Translations under genes and position numbers: made by a program
Notes under the pieces: generated by a model
The model's input: the letters and a program-made list of their open reading frames with translations, nothing else
Told to the model about the DNA's origin: nothing
The model's database searches: none
Shown here: piece by piece, positions 30,245 through 39,580 of the stretch
Layout: the number at the start of each line of letters is the position of its first letter
How positions within the stretch are numbered: the stretch's first letter is position 1
Origin: an uncultured delta proteobacterium
GTDB lineage: Bacteria; Desulfobacterota; Binatia; UBA9968
Direction: 5' to 3'
Assembly (NCBI GenBank): GCA_963816145.1
Contig: CAWFJP010000005.1
Coordinates: forward strand, 288,001 to 352,000
DNA length: 64,000 nucleotides

Positions 30245-30398
30245 TCCGAATCTCTCTTTCCGATAAGTTGAAACGCTCGCATCGTAATGCCGGCGAAAAG
30301 CCAGCACAAGAGAAAAACCGCATTGGCGCGAATCGCGCTCATCTTGATAGGGGTGATTATAGTTGTTAGATGGTGCTGGCGAGCGACAAGGAGAGCCC

Positions 30399-31325
30399 AT
30401 GGACTTAAGTCGTAGAAGCGTCATCAAATCCGGATTGGCAATGGGTACGTCATTGCTGCTGCTGCCGAGGCAGACGGCGGCGCAGAGCCAGCCGTTGATT
30501 CAGAAAAAGATCCCGTCGTCGGGCGAAGCGATTCCGATCATTGGCATCGGCACGGCGCGCCGTTATGAGGACGTCAAGAACGATGCCGAGAAAGTGCCGC
30601 TGCGCGAAACCATTCGGCAGTTCCAAGTCCTGGGTGGGAAGGTAATCGACAGTTCGCCCTCCTACGGCACGGCGGAAGCGGTGGTCGGTGAATTGGTCGA
30701 AGGTCTTAAAATACGCGACTCGCTGTTTCTCGCCACCAAGGTGAGTTTGCGCAAAGGGGGCAGGGATGAGGGTGTGGCGCAGATTGAAGCCTCGTTCAAA
30801 CGATATCGTACCAACAAAATCGACCTGCTCGCCGTGCACAATCTGCTGGACACCGACACCCAGCTCAAAACGATCCGCGACCTCAAGGCAGCGGGGCGGG
30901 TGCGTTACGTCGGTATCACGACATCGTTCGACAACCAGTACCGCGACTTTGAGCAAGTGATGAAGAAGGAGACCCTGGACTTTATTCAAGTCGATTACGC
31001 CCTCGACAACCGCGATGCCGGTGACCGGCTGATTCCGCTCGCCGGCGACCGCGGCATGGCGGTGATGATCAATCTGCCGTTCGGACGTGGCCGGCTGTTC
31101 AGCGCCGTGCAAGGAAAGAAGTTGCCGGAGTGGTCGAGCGAATTCGACTGCGCGAGTTGGGCGCAGTTCTTATTGAAATATATCGTCTCGCATCCCGCCA
31201 TCACTTGCGCTGTGCCGGGCATGGCCAGGCCTGAATATGTCGTCGATAATCTCGGCGCGGCGCGCGGTCGCTTGCCGGACGCGGCGACGCGCAAGCGCAT
31301 GGAGCAGTTCATTGATAACGTCTAG
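30399..31325 (+). CDS. aldo/keto reductase with twin-arginine signal peptide
   Basis: MDLSRRSVIK Tat motif; IDSSPSYG, LATKV, AVHN catalytic tetrad; RBS aaggag. Confidence 0.88.
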   Translation: MDLSRRSVIKSGLAMGTSLLLLPRQTAAQSQPLIQKKIPSSGEAIPIIGIGTARRYEDVKNDAEKVPLRETIRQFQVLGGKVIDSSPSYGTAEAVVGELVEGLKIRDSLFLATKVSLRKGGRDEGVAQIEASFKRYRTNKIDLLAVHNLLDTDTQLKTIRDLKAAGRVRYVGITTSFDNQYRDFEQVMKKETLDFIQVDYALDNRDAGDRLIPLAGDRGMAVMINLPFGRGRLFSAVQGKKLPEWSSEFDCASWAQFLLKYIVSHPAITCAVPGMARPEYVVDNLGAARGRLPDAATRKRMEQFIDNV

Positions 31326-31357
31326 GCCGTTAACGGGCGCAGGGCGAGGGGATAGGC

Positions 31358-32680
31358 GTGGGGAGTGACTCTATTCGACAATCGGCTGCGCAAGATGGCA
31401 TCGTCTATCGGCTCCTGAGACGCGCGATCGATGTCCGGCCGGCGGAGCTGCGGGCGCTCGGTTGGTCGTGGCTTTATATCATTTCGCTGTTTGTTTCCTA
31501 CTACATTCTCAGGCCAATCCGCGATGAGATGGGTGTGGCCGGCGGGGTGGAGAATCTCCCATGGTTGTTCACCGGCACGTTAGTCGGCATGATCGTGGTC
31601 AATCCGCCCTTCGCGGCCTTAGTCGCGAAGCTGCCGCGGGTGAAGTTCATCGGTCTTAGCTATCGTTTCTTCGCCGTTAACCTTTTGTGCTTTGTCGTGC
31701 TCTTGCGGATGGCTTCGGGCCAAGAGATTATCTGGATCGGCCGGTTGTTTTTTATCTGGACATCGATTTTCAATCTATTCGTCGTCTCGGTGTTTTGGGC
31801 GCTGATGGTCGACGTCTTCGACACCGAACAGGGCAAGCGGCTGTTCGGCTTCATCGCCGCCGGCGCGACCATCGGCGGAATCATGGGCGCTAGCATCACC
31901 GCCTCGCTCGCCAAGCAGGTGCCGGCAGCCTATCTACTATTGGCTTCCGCAACATTGTTGGAAGTCGCGGTCTTCTGCGTCGGCAGCTTGTCGCGTCTGT
32001 CTTCGTCCTTGAGCGCGCGGCCAACGGCCCGGCGCGATGAGGCACCGATCGGCGGCTCAATTCTGAGCGGTTTCTCGCATGCGGTCAAATCGCCTTATCT
32101 AGTCAACGTCAGTTGCTTTCTCTTGCTGTTCGCGATCACTTCGACGTTTCTATACTTCCAGCAGGCAGAGATCGCCAGAAAGTATTTCGCCGACCGGGGC
32201 GCGCGCACAGCGTTTTTTGCCAGCATCGATCTGTGGGTGAATATTTTAACTCTCGGTGCGCAGTTATTCGTTACCGGGAGAACTATCAAGCGCATCGGCG
32301 TGGCGCTGACCTTGTCGTTGCTGCCGCTGCTAAGTATTTTCGGCTTCGGCACTTTGGCTTGGGCGCCGACGATCAGCGCGCTCGTGGTTTTTCAAGTGAT
32401 CCGCCGTGCTGGGAATTTCGCCTTCGCCCGGCCGTCCCGTGAAGTGCTGTTTACCGTGTTGCCGCGGGAGGACAAGTACAAAGCCAAGAGTTTTATCGAC
32501 ACGGTGGTCTATCGCTTGGGCGATCAGGTGGGCGCCTGGTCCTACGCCGGCTTGGGTGGGCTCGGACTGGCGATGACCGGGGTGGCGATTGTCGCCGTGC
32601 CGATTTCAGTTGTTTGGTTGGTTAATAGTTTGTGGCTGGGGCGCAAGCAGAAATCGCTTGAAGCGGTAGCCATTGGATAG
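31358..32680 (+). CDS. MFS transporter, ATP/ADP translocase-like (COG3202)
   Basis: YYILRPIRD, FNLFVVSVFW, KRLFGFIAAG, RPSREVLFT, KYKAKSFIDTVVYR.GD. Confidence 0.85.
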   Translation: MGSDSIRQSAAQDGIVYRLLRRAIDVRPAELRALGWSWLYIISLFVSYYILRPIRDEMGVAGGVENLPWLFTGTLVGMIVVNPPFAALVAKLPRVKFIGLSYRFFAVNLLCFVVLLRMASGQEIIWIGRLFFIWTSIFNLFVVSVFWALMVDVFDTEQGKRLFGFIAAGATIGGIMGASITASLAKQVPAAYLLLASATLLEVAVFCVGSLSRLSSSLSARPTARRDEAPIGGSILSGFSHAVKSPYLVNVSCFLLLFAITSTFLYFQQAEIARKYFADRGARTAFFASIDLWVNILTLGAQLFVTGRTIKRIGVALTLSLLPLLSIFGFGTLAWAPTISALVVFQVIRRAGNFAFARPSREVLFTVLPREDKYKAKSFIDTVVYRLGDQVGAWSYAGLGGLGLAMTGVAIVAVPISVVWLVNSLWLGRKQKSLEAVAIG

Positions 32681-32780
32681 TTCCAAAGGTTCCAGGGGGT
32701 TCCAATGGTTCCAACACGGCGAATGATTCTGTGACTTTCCCGGCCATTGGAACCACGGGAACGTCTGGAACTATTGGAAC
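32680..32780. repeat. (GTTCCA)n...(TGGAAC)n periodic inverted repeat between convergent genes
   Basis: gttccaaaggttccagggggttccaatggttccaa ... ttggaaccacgggaacgtctggaactattggaac. Confidence 0.7.
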
Positions 32781-32789
32781 CGGCTTCGT

Positions 32790-33326
32790 TCAGCTTTTCG
32801 CCGCGGTCAAATCGATATCGATATTTTCCTGCCGCTGTATTTCACTAAAACGTTCGCGTAGTTCGGCGATATTGGTCCTTGTCGGTACGGCCAAGTCCGC
32901 TTCGAGCTGGAAGATTGGCGTGCCGCTGATCGGTGCGGCGTAGGTCTTGGTTTCCATTGACTCGATGTTGACGGCCATGCCGCTAAGCACGTTGCTGATC
33001 TGGTAAACGATCCCTGGATGATCCATGCAGGAGGCGGTGAGTTTGTAGGGCAAGAACGACTCGGCGGCGCTGCGCATGGTTGGCGTCTTGATCGAAATGG
33101 TCAAGCCGGTTTCGCTTTCGATCTCGCGATAATCGCGGCCGATCTTGACCAGATCGTTGCCCGCGCCGGTGATTAAGACGATGACGGCGAACTCGCCGCA
33201 AAATACCGCCATCTTGCTGTCTTCAATGTTGCAGTCATGGCGGGCGATGAACGCGGCGATCTTTTCGACGAGACCGACGCGGTCGGGACCGACGGCGGTG
33301 AGAATGAGATGGTTGGAGTCTGGCAT
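32790..33326 (-). CDS. double-ACT-domain protein, GcvR-like
   Basis: LTAVGPDRVGLV...CNIEDSKM and DHPGIVYQIS...NIESMET. Confidence 0.85.
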   Translation of the reverse strand: MPDSNHLILTAVGPDRVGLVEKIAAFIARHDCNIEDSKMAVFCGEFAVIVLITGAGNDLVKIGRDYREIESETGLTISIKTPTMRSAAESFLPYKLTASCMDHPGIVYQISNVLSGMAVNIESMETKTYAAPISGTPIFQLEADLAVPTRTNIAELRERFSEIQRQENIDIDLTAAKS

Positions 33327-33345
33327 GGGTTCACGTTAATGAATT

Positions 33346-33486
33346 CGTTCAAACAGTTCAAATCGTTCAAGGCGTTCAAAACGTCGCAACGCCGAAATTC
33401 AATCTCACCACGAAGATCACGAAGGACACGAAGGTTACGGTTGATCAACTTTCCGAACTTCGTGCACTTCGTGTCCTTCGTGCTGA
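33346..33486. repeat. GTTCAA-periodic repeat followed by a CACGAAG-family inverted repeat
   Basis: cgttcaaacagttcaaatcgttcaaggcgttcaaa; tcaccacgaagatcacgaaggacacgaagg ... cttcgtgcacttcgtgtccttcgtg. Confidence 0.72.
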
Positions 33487-33530
33487 ATAGTATCTTGGCT
33501 TCCTAGCTTAGAGAATGGTAATCGTGCTCC

Positions 33531-34820
33531 CTAGAGGAAGAAGCCGTTCATGATCGCGTCGCGCCAGAGCTTGGCAACCGGAGGCACGATGCCTTGCGGC
33601 AGTTTGTCGTCGCTCCAGCCCCACGAATGAATGCCGGCGCCAAGGGAGACCGGGCGGACCTTCGGCGGCGGATCGAGTTTGGCGAACAAGGGTAGCGAGC
33701 GTTCGCAGCGTTTTAGCGTTACGGTGTCGTCGTTGACGCCGTGGATCGACAAAAAGTTGGGTACTGGTTTAACGCCGTGACCCGACAATTCTTTGGTGTA
33801 GCCGAGGTAGCGCCGGACCAGGGCGTCGGTTTCTTGATGCGATAGCTTGAGCCGAGCTGCGCTGGCGCGGGCGGCGGATTCCAGGGCTTTAGTCGAATTT
33901 TTGTGTATGAAGTCCTCGGCTTTGAAGTTGGGCCGTTTCTTGGCGCTTTCCCAGCGCTCGAAAGTCAGCTCGATTAACATCGGCAGGCCGATTTCTTGAT
34001 TCTTCATGCCTTCGTACATATAACGCGCGGTGTCGCGCCAGGTGCGCAGACGCAGTTGATTGAATGGAAAATTCCAATCGTCGCCGCTGATGAGAGGGTA
34101 CATCCAGCCAAACGGCGAACTGCCCCAACCGAGCAGGCCGGCGATATTGGCGACGCGCTGCGATGCCATCATCGCGAACGGCCCGCCGGTAGAGTGGCCG
34201 TGAATGTAGATCGAGTACTCTCCCTCGGGAAACTGCCGGCGCGCCGTTTCCTTGACCGCTTGTTCGAAAGCGACGGGCCAGGCGGCCATGCGGTGATAAA
34301 ATTCTGTGCCTTCTTTCGCCGACAACGAAACCAGCGTGCCGTATTCTGCACGCTTCGAAGCGTCCTTGACGATGGTGTACTGATCCGGGATGATCTTGGT
34401 TTCCTTGCTCCAAAGCGGTGTGCGTGCCGAGCCGTCGGGATTTTCGACATCACCGGGCCAGTCACGGTTGGCATCGTGGAAATAGAAACGTCCGGGAAAA
34501 GTCATCGTTGCCACCGGAATGCCGAACTTCTCGGGTAAGAGCTTGGCAATCCGTTCCACCGACTTGAAGTCCGAGACGCCGCCGTGCAGGAGCAACACGC
34601 CGACCTTCTTTCCGTCGGCTCCGTTGGGGATACGTGACTTTTCTTTCGGATCGTAGCGCACGACGCCGATGTCCCAATCCATAGCCAATTCGTGGATGCG
34701 AAAGATGTCCTCGGTGATTTCGATGGGCGCTCCGGCTTTGGCTGTGATTTCGTCGTTGAGTTTGAGGACTTCGTCGAAAGAAACTAACGTCGGCGGCTCC
34801 CAGGCAGAATGCGCTGTCAT
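33531..34820 (-). CDS. uncharacterised alpha/beta-hydrolase-fold protein
   Basis: LLLHGG oxyanion motif, GHSTGG nucleophile elbow, IHGVNDDTV, GIHSW; RBS aggag. Confidence 0.7.
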   Translation of the reverse strand: MTAHSAWEPPTLVSFDEVLKLNDEITAKAGAPIEITEDIFRIHELAMDWDIGVVRYDPKEKSRIPNGADGKKVGVLLLHGGVSDFKSVERIAKLLPEKFGIPVATMTFPGRFYFHDANRDWPGDVENPDGSARTPLWSKETKIIPDQYTIVKDASKRAEYGTLVSLSAKEGTEFYHRMAAWPVAFEQAVKETARRQFPEGEYSIYIHGHSTGGPFAMMASQRVANIAGLLGWGSSPFGWMYPLISGDDWNFPFNQLRLRTWRDTARYMYEGMKNQEIGLPMLIELTFERWESAKKRPNFKAEDFIHKNSTKALESAARASAARLKLSHQETDALVRRYLGYTKELSGHGVKPVPNFLSIHGVNDDTVTLKRCERSLPLFAKLDPPPKVRPVSLGAGIHSWGWSDDKLPQGIVPPVAKLWRDAIMNGFFL

Positions 34821-34878
34821 TTTTGCTCCTAACCGCGGAAGATCGCTGCGATGAAACTATGGAATCGGGCCGATGAGG

Positions 34879-36795
34879 TCAACGCGAGCTTTCGGTAAAC
34901 GCTTCGTAGAGTGCTTTGCCGGTGGCGTCTTTGGGTTGCGGCAAGCCTAATAGCCAGGCGAGGGTCGGGGCGAAGTCGATAATGCGCACATTGGCTAATT
35001 TCTGCCCGGCACGAACGCCGGGACCGTTGAATACCATGAGCGTGCGCATGGATGCTTGTTCGGGATTGGCGCCATGGGTGCCGAAGGGTTCGGCATTGCT
35101 AATCACAAGACCGGGGCCAATGCGCGGGTCAAAATCGTATCCCGGCGCGAGTTCAATATAGAGCTGGCCGCCGACTTCGCCGCCGATGCCTTTGGCTTCG
35201 CCGTCGCGGTCCGCGTCGAATACCGCCGTGACTATTTGGCGTTCACCATCGCGAATCGAAAATAGCAGCTCGCTAATTTTCCGCACCAGCTCAGCGCGCT
35301 CTTCCTGGCCGACAATGCCGCTCTTGCGATCCGTAGAATTGATTAACAAATAACCGTTGTTGACGGCCGGGTATAGCACTTTGGTTTTACTGAGATCGAC
35401 GCGCCCTTGGGCATCAACCGAGAGCAGCACTCCCTGCTGCAATACTTGATTGACCGCCACGCGCTTGTTTGCTCCCTGCATGCCATGATCGGACACGAGC
35501 GCGAATAGCCCGCCGCTAGGCCGATTGGCCAGCAGCAATCCAAGGTGCTCGTCGCAGCTGACATAGACCTGTTCGAGAAACGGACGAATCCTATCGGCGA
35601 TCTCCTGGCGAAAATTGGGCAGGGTGTTGTCGAGCCAGCCACGCCAGACATGCTCCGCTTCGTCTGGGAAGGGAGTGTAGGCGACATAGAGATCCCATGG
35701 CAAATGTGTCATCGCCCATCGGTTAGTTTCCATCAATTGATGCTGAGCGAAAAGAATAGTTTCCAGATAGCGGGCCTCAGCGTTGCCATCGCCGCCGTTG
35801 CCGATGGTGCGGCCGAGGCCGCCATTTTGATAAAGAAAACTCGCGCCGTTGCCGATAAAGGCGCGCACAACCGGGCTGGCCTCGGCCACCGATCCAAGCG
35901 CGAGTTCACGGGCGGGGCGGGAGAAATAGAGAAAGAAATCGCTGCCGTCAGGCTTGAGGTCAAACAGACGGAAATAACTCTGGGCTTCTTGACCACTGGC
36001 CGTTTTGACGCTTACGGGCAAGCTCCAGAAAAACTTGCCGCTGACGCTCGGGCTCGCCGGCTTTAATCGAACCGTCACGTCGTTGCCATTTCGCGCGGTG
36101 GCGATGGCAAGGGTGTCATAACCGATCTGCGGGTCGATTGGGTCATCGATCAGCAACCCGACAAAATGGTTTTCGCCGACGGTAAAGGAGATTTCGATCG
36201 GCACGGCATCGCTCAGCGGCGGATTGTCCCACGGCCTACTGGGCTCCTTTTGCACGGCGCGCTTGGTGACGATACCATCGCGGCCGGCGATGAGATTGTA
36301 ACCGGAAAATCGCACGATTTGTTCGGCGCGCTCTTCGGCGAAGGTTGGGATATGCGATACGATAATTTTCATGCCGCCTCTTTGGGCGGCCGCCCAAATC
36401 GGTTCAGCTCGCAATGGAGCGCCGGAAAAACCGGCGAGACTGTCGAGGATTGTAAACTGATCGCGCGGCGCGCGCGGCACTCGATTGCCGCTGATACCCG
36501 TCAAACGAGGCGGCGCGCCGGTCATCAGCGAGGCGAAGCCCGGTGCGGTTTTGGATGGAAATCCAGCCATGACATCGTCCGCAAATGCGCCCCCTTCGAT
36601 GAGCTTGGCGAGGTTGGGAAGTTTTCCGGCGCGCAGGAGTTGCTGGGCAAATAATGACACGGTGCCGTCCCAGGCCATGACGACGGCCTTTTGCGCGCTT
36701 TCAGCGGCGAAGCAACGCGGCGACGCCCAGCTTAGGACCAACAGTACGCTAAATAGAACGGGGACAATACTTGCTCGTTTGCTCATAAATGGCAT
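34879..36795 (-). CDS. alkaline phosphatase superfamily nucleotide pyrophosphatase/phosphodiesterase
   Basis: Signal peptide, VMAWDG, PSKTAPGF (Thr nucleophile), DEAEH, VSDHG, GTHG, DFAPT. Confidence 0.85.
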   Translation of the reverse strand: MPFMSKRASIVPVLFSVLLVLSWASPRCFAAESAQKAVVMAWDGTVSLFAQQLLRAGKLPNLAKLIEGGAFADDVMAGFPSKTAPGFASLMTGAPPRLTGISGNRVPRAPRDQFTILDSLAGFSGAPLRAEPIWAAAQRGGMKIIVSHIPTFAEERAEQIVRFSGYNLIAGRDGIVTKRAVQKEPSRPWDNPPLSDAVPIEISFTVGENHFVGLLIDDPIDPQIGYDTLAIATARNGNDVTVRLKPASPSVSGKFFWSLPVSVKTASGQEAQSYFRLFDLKPDGSDFFLYFSRPARELALGSVAEASPVVRAFIGNGASFLYQNGGLGRTIGNGGDGNAEARYLETILFAQHQLMETNRWAMTHLPWDLYVAYTPFPDEAEHVWRGWLDNTLPNFRQEIADRIRPFLEQVYVSCDEHLGLLLANRPSGGLFALVSDHGMQGANKRVAVNQVLQQGVLLSVDAQGRVDLSKTKVLYPAVNNGYLLINSTDRKSGIVGQEERAELVRKISELLFSIRDGERQIVTAVFDADRDGEAKGIGGEVGGQLYIELAPGYDFDPRIGPGLVISNAEPFGTHGANPEQASMRTLMVFNGPGVRAGQKLANVRIIDFAPTLAWLLGLPQPKDATGKALYEAFTESSR

Positions 36796-36801
36796 GCAGA
36801 G

Positions 36802-37785
36802 TTACTGCAGCGTCCGGCGCGCTTCGGCGAGGTAGCTCATGTCGACATACTTATCGGTCTTGGGCAACGGTTGAACTAAGGTACCGTCTTCGACCAGCAA
36901 TTGCATAACCTTGTCCATCCCCTTGGGATTGATCTCGCCGTCTTTGGGAATCGCGTTGGTGTTGATGTAATAGCGCCAACTCGCTTCCGAGTGTTTCTCG
37001 CTAAACTTGAGCCGCTTCATGATGATGCGCACGGTGTCTTCCTTCTGGTTGTGAATCCACTGGTCGCCGCGCAGGATAGCGCGCAGGAAGCGCACCAGCA
37101 GCGGCTTTTTGTCTTGGGCGAAGTCGGCGCGGACGTTGAAGACGGTCTGGACAAAGTTCGGCGTGTATTTGGCCGTGGAGCCGAGATTGACCAGACCCAT
37201 ATCGTCGGCGCCGAAGGTGTATGGCGGGCTCAAAATCGCCGCGGCGATGCTGCCGGTCTGCATCGCCAGTAAACGGTCCGGCATGATGCCCATGGCGCGC
37301 AGCCCATAATCGCGCGGGTATTCCAAACCGTTGGCCTTGAGCATTTCCTTCATGATTATCGTATCGCTGGTAATCAAGCCTGAAACGCCGATGGTGGCGC
37401 CTTTGAGATCCTTAAAGGTCTTATATTTAGGATTGGCGTAGAGATCGTACACCGGCGCGTTGGTCAGACCGCCGACGATCTTGAGCGCCGCGCCTTTCTC
37501 GACCGCCCGGATGGTGGTCATCGCCGACGATGCCGAAACTTGGGTCGAGCCGGCGATCAGCACCGGGATCGCCAGCGTGCTGGCGTTCAGCACCACGGCT
37601 TCGAAAAAAATGTTTTCTTTGGTGAAAAAGCCTTTTTCCTGGGCGACGTAGACCGGCAAGTAATTCATCGAAATGGAGATCGTGCTGAGGGTGATTTTGT
37701 CCGGAGCTATTTGGGCATGCAGCGGCGCCCTCGATCCGGCGATCGTCAGCCAGAGGGTCAGGGCAACTATTTTCCATTGAGGCAT
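36802..37785 (-). CDS. NMT1/SsuA-like ABC substrate-binding protein
   Basis: Signal peptide, PVYVAQEKGFF, DLKGATIGV, FLRAI; RBS ggagga before ATG 37785. Confidence 0.85.
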   Translation of the reverse strand: MPQWKIVALTLWLTIAGSRAPLHAQIAPDKITLSTISISMNYLPVYVAQEKGFFTKENIFFEAVVLNASTLAIPVLIAGSTQVSASSAMTTIRAVEKGAALKIVGGLTNAPVYDLYANPKYKTFKDLKGATIGVSGLITSDTIIMKEMLKANGLEYPRDYGLRAMGIMPDRLLAMQTGSIAAAILSPPYTFGADDMGLVNLGSTAKYTPNFVQTVFNVRADFAQDKKPLLVRFLRAILRGDQWIHNQKEDTVRIIMKRLKFSEKHSEASWRYYINTNAIPKDGEINPKGMDKVMQLLVEDGTLVQPLPKTDKYVDMSYLAEARRTLQ

Positions 37786-37817
37786 CGTTCCTCCAAATCC
37801 GCTCTTCTCGCCCATTG

Positions 37818-37847
37818 ACAGTAGCTGATTGCAATTCGGCGTGTCAA
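37818..37847 (-). promoter_or_regulatory. sigma70-type promoter
   Basis: Minus strand TTGACA, 18-nt spacer, TACTGT upstream of the SBP gene. Confidence 0.5.
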
Positions 37848-37908
37848 CGCGGGCGCGTTCATCCCCGTGCAGATAGCATAGCGAGGTAAATTCAGTGTGT
37901 GCTCCTCG

Positions 37909-39189
37909 TTACAAAAGCTCAAGGGCGTGGAGCGCCAAGCCTTCAGCCACCGAGGTAAATTCTTGACCGGCGCGGACTGCTGCGTGAGGAAATTTGTTAT
38001 CGAAGATGCCGCGGATGGCTGGCACAAAAGACGATCCGCCGGTCATGAAGATCGCGTCGACGTTTGCGGCGGCAACGTTACAGGTGGCGAGCAGCCGGTC
38101 GACGCAGGCTGTGATGGCGCCAATTTCGGGCGCGATCCACTGCTCGAAGTCGCTGCGCGCGACGGTTCGCTCGATGGCGATCGTAGCTTCGCTGAAATCA
38201 AATTGGCTATGCGCCTGTTCCGATAGACTGTATTTGACCGACTCGATCGCTTGGTACAGGCGATAGCCGAGATCATGGTCGACCAGCTCGATGAGCGCGT
38301 CAAGCTTTTCCCGCGCTACGGCTTGGAAGCGAATCTGCTTGAGCAGCTCCATGTTTTTCCGAGTCTTGAGAAACGACAGGTAGTGCCAACGTTCCAAATG
38401 CTCGTACAGCCAATTGGGCACAGGTAACAGTTTGCCGAACTGCGATTTATACTCCGAGCCCAAGCCTAGTAGCGGCGCCACCAGATGGCGCACGAGTTTG
38501 CTGTCGAAAGTGTCGCCGGCAATACCGACGCCGTCATTGCCGATGACTTGATCGCTCAGTTCGGTTGTCGAAGCTTGTGTCGATTTCAATTGGACCAGGG
38601 AGAAATCGCTGGTGCCGCCGCCAAAGTCGGCGATCAGCACAAGCTCGTCATGGTCGAGGCGCTGGTGGTATTTATAAGCGGCGGCGACCGGCTCGGGAAG
38701 GAAGTGGACCTCGTCGAAACCGGCGTTAGCGAATGCTTTACGCAAGCGCTCGACCGCGAAGTCATCGTCGGCCTGATTTTTAGTGCCGCTAAAATGAACT
38801 GGCCGGCCGACCACCAGCTTGGCGCCGAGTTCGCCGAACTGGGATTCGGCGGATTTACGCAAATAGCGAAGCAAGATCCCGATCAGCTCTTCCAGAGAGA
38901 AAGTTTGATTGAAGATTTGGGTTTGGTTGAATAGCCGGCTGGCGAGATAGGACTTGGTCGATTGAATCAGCCGTCCCGGCATGCGCGCATTTAAATAGCT
39001 TTGGATCGCATCGGGCCCGGCGACCACATGCAGCTTGCCGCTCCTCGACGCCTCGTCTTGTTCAAAATAAAGGATCGAACGAAACGTCGAGCCGGCGCCG
39101 AACTCCGCGAGATCGACGGCGCGGTTCGCATGAGCGAGCGCCAAGGAGCTATTGGTGGTACCGAAGTCAAGTCCAAAGGCTTTAGGCAA
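37909..39189 (-). CDS. yegD: Hsp70-family protein, YegD-like
   Basis: GLDFGTTNS, VVGRPVHF, PEPVAAA, ADFGGGTSDF, TGGSS, SVAEGLA; no substrate-binding domain. Confidence 0.85.
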   Translation of the reverse strand: MPKAFGLDFGTTNSSLALAHANRAVDLAEFGAGSTFRSILYFEQDEASRSGKLHVVAGPDAIQSYLNARMPGRLIQSTKSYLASRLFNQTQIFNQTFSLEELIGILLRYLRKSAESQFGELGAKLVVGRPVHFSGTKNQADDDFAVERLRKAFANAGFDEVHFLPEPVAAAYKYHQRLDHDELVLIADFGGGTSDFSLVQLKSTQASTTELSDQVIGNDGVGIAGDTFDSKLVRHLVAPLLGLGSEYKSQFGKLLPVPNWLYEHLERWHYLSFLKTRKNMELLKQIRFQAVAREKLDALIELVDHDLGYRLYQAIESVKYSLSEQAHSQFDFSEATIAIERTVARSDFEQWIAPEIGAITACVDRLLATCNVAAANVDAIFMTGGSSFVPAIRGIFDNKFPHAAVRAGQEFTSVAEGLALHALELL

Positions 39190-39580
39190 GGAAAATGCTG
39201 ACCTTTCCAGTGTTGAAATCAGGGATTTGCGGCGAAGAGAATAGTTCTTTCGCCAATTCTATCATCGTCGGCAAAATTACCAAGCATGAGACCTTGAACT
39301 GATTGTGTCATCGGCTCGGGTCGATTGTGCCAGACGAAGAATTTTGATGACGCATTGTGCCAGTCACACGAGTCCAACACATGCGGTGGATTTACCTGGA
39401 TTTCCGGTAATCTCTCGAAACTACAAACCTGGTAGACAATGCCGTGGATGGCATCATGATTGCTCAGAAAAGCATGAAAAATTCCGCGGCTACCTCATTG
39501 CTTGTTTGGTTTCCAGTGCGAAATGGCGGGGAACTCTTGCGGACCCAATACAACAAGGATCGGGTAGGTTTTTGTTAAAC

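Noticed and set aside
39305-39580. N-terminal 92-aa extension of the large histidine kinase
   Set aside because: Atypical composition within an AT-richer divergent promoter region; the first TM context fits a start at 39581.
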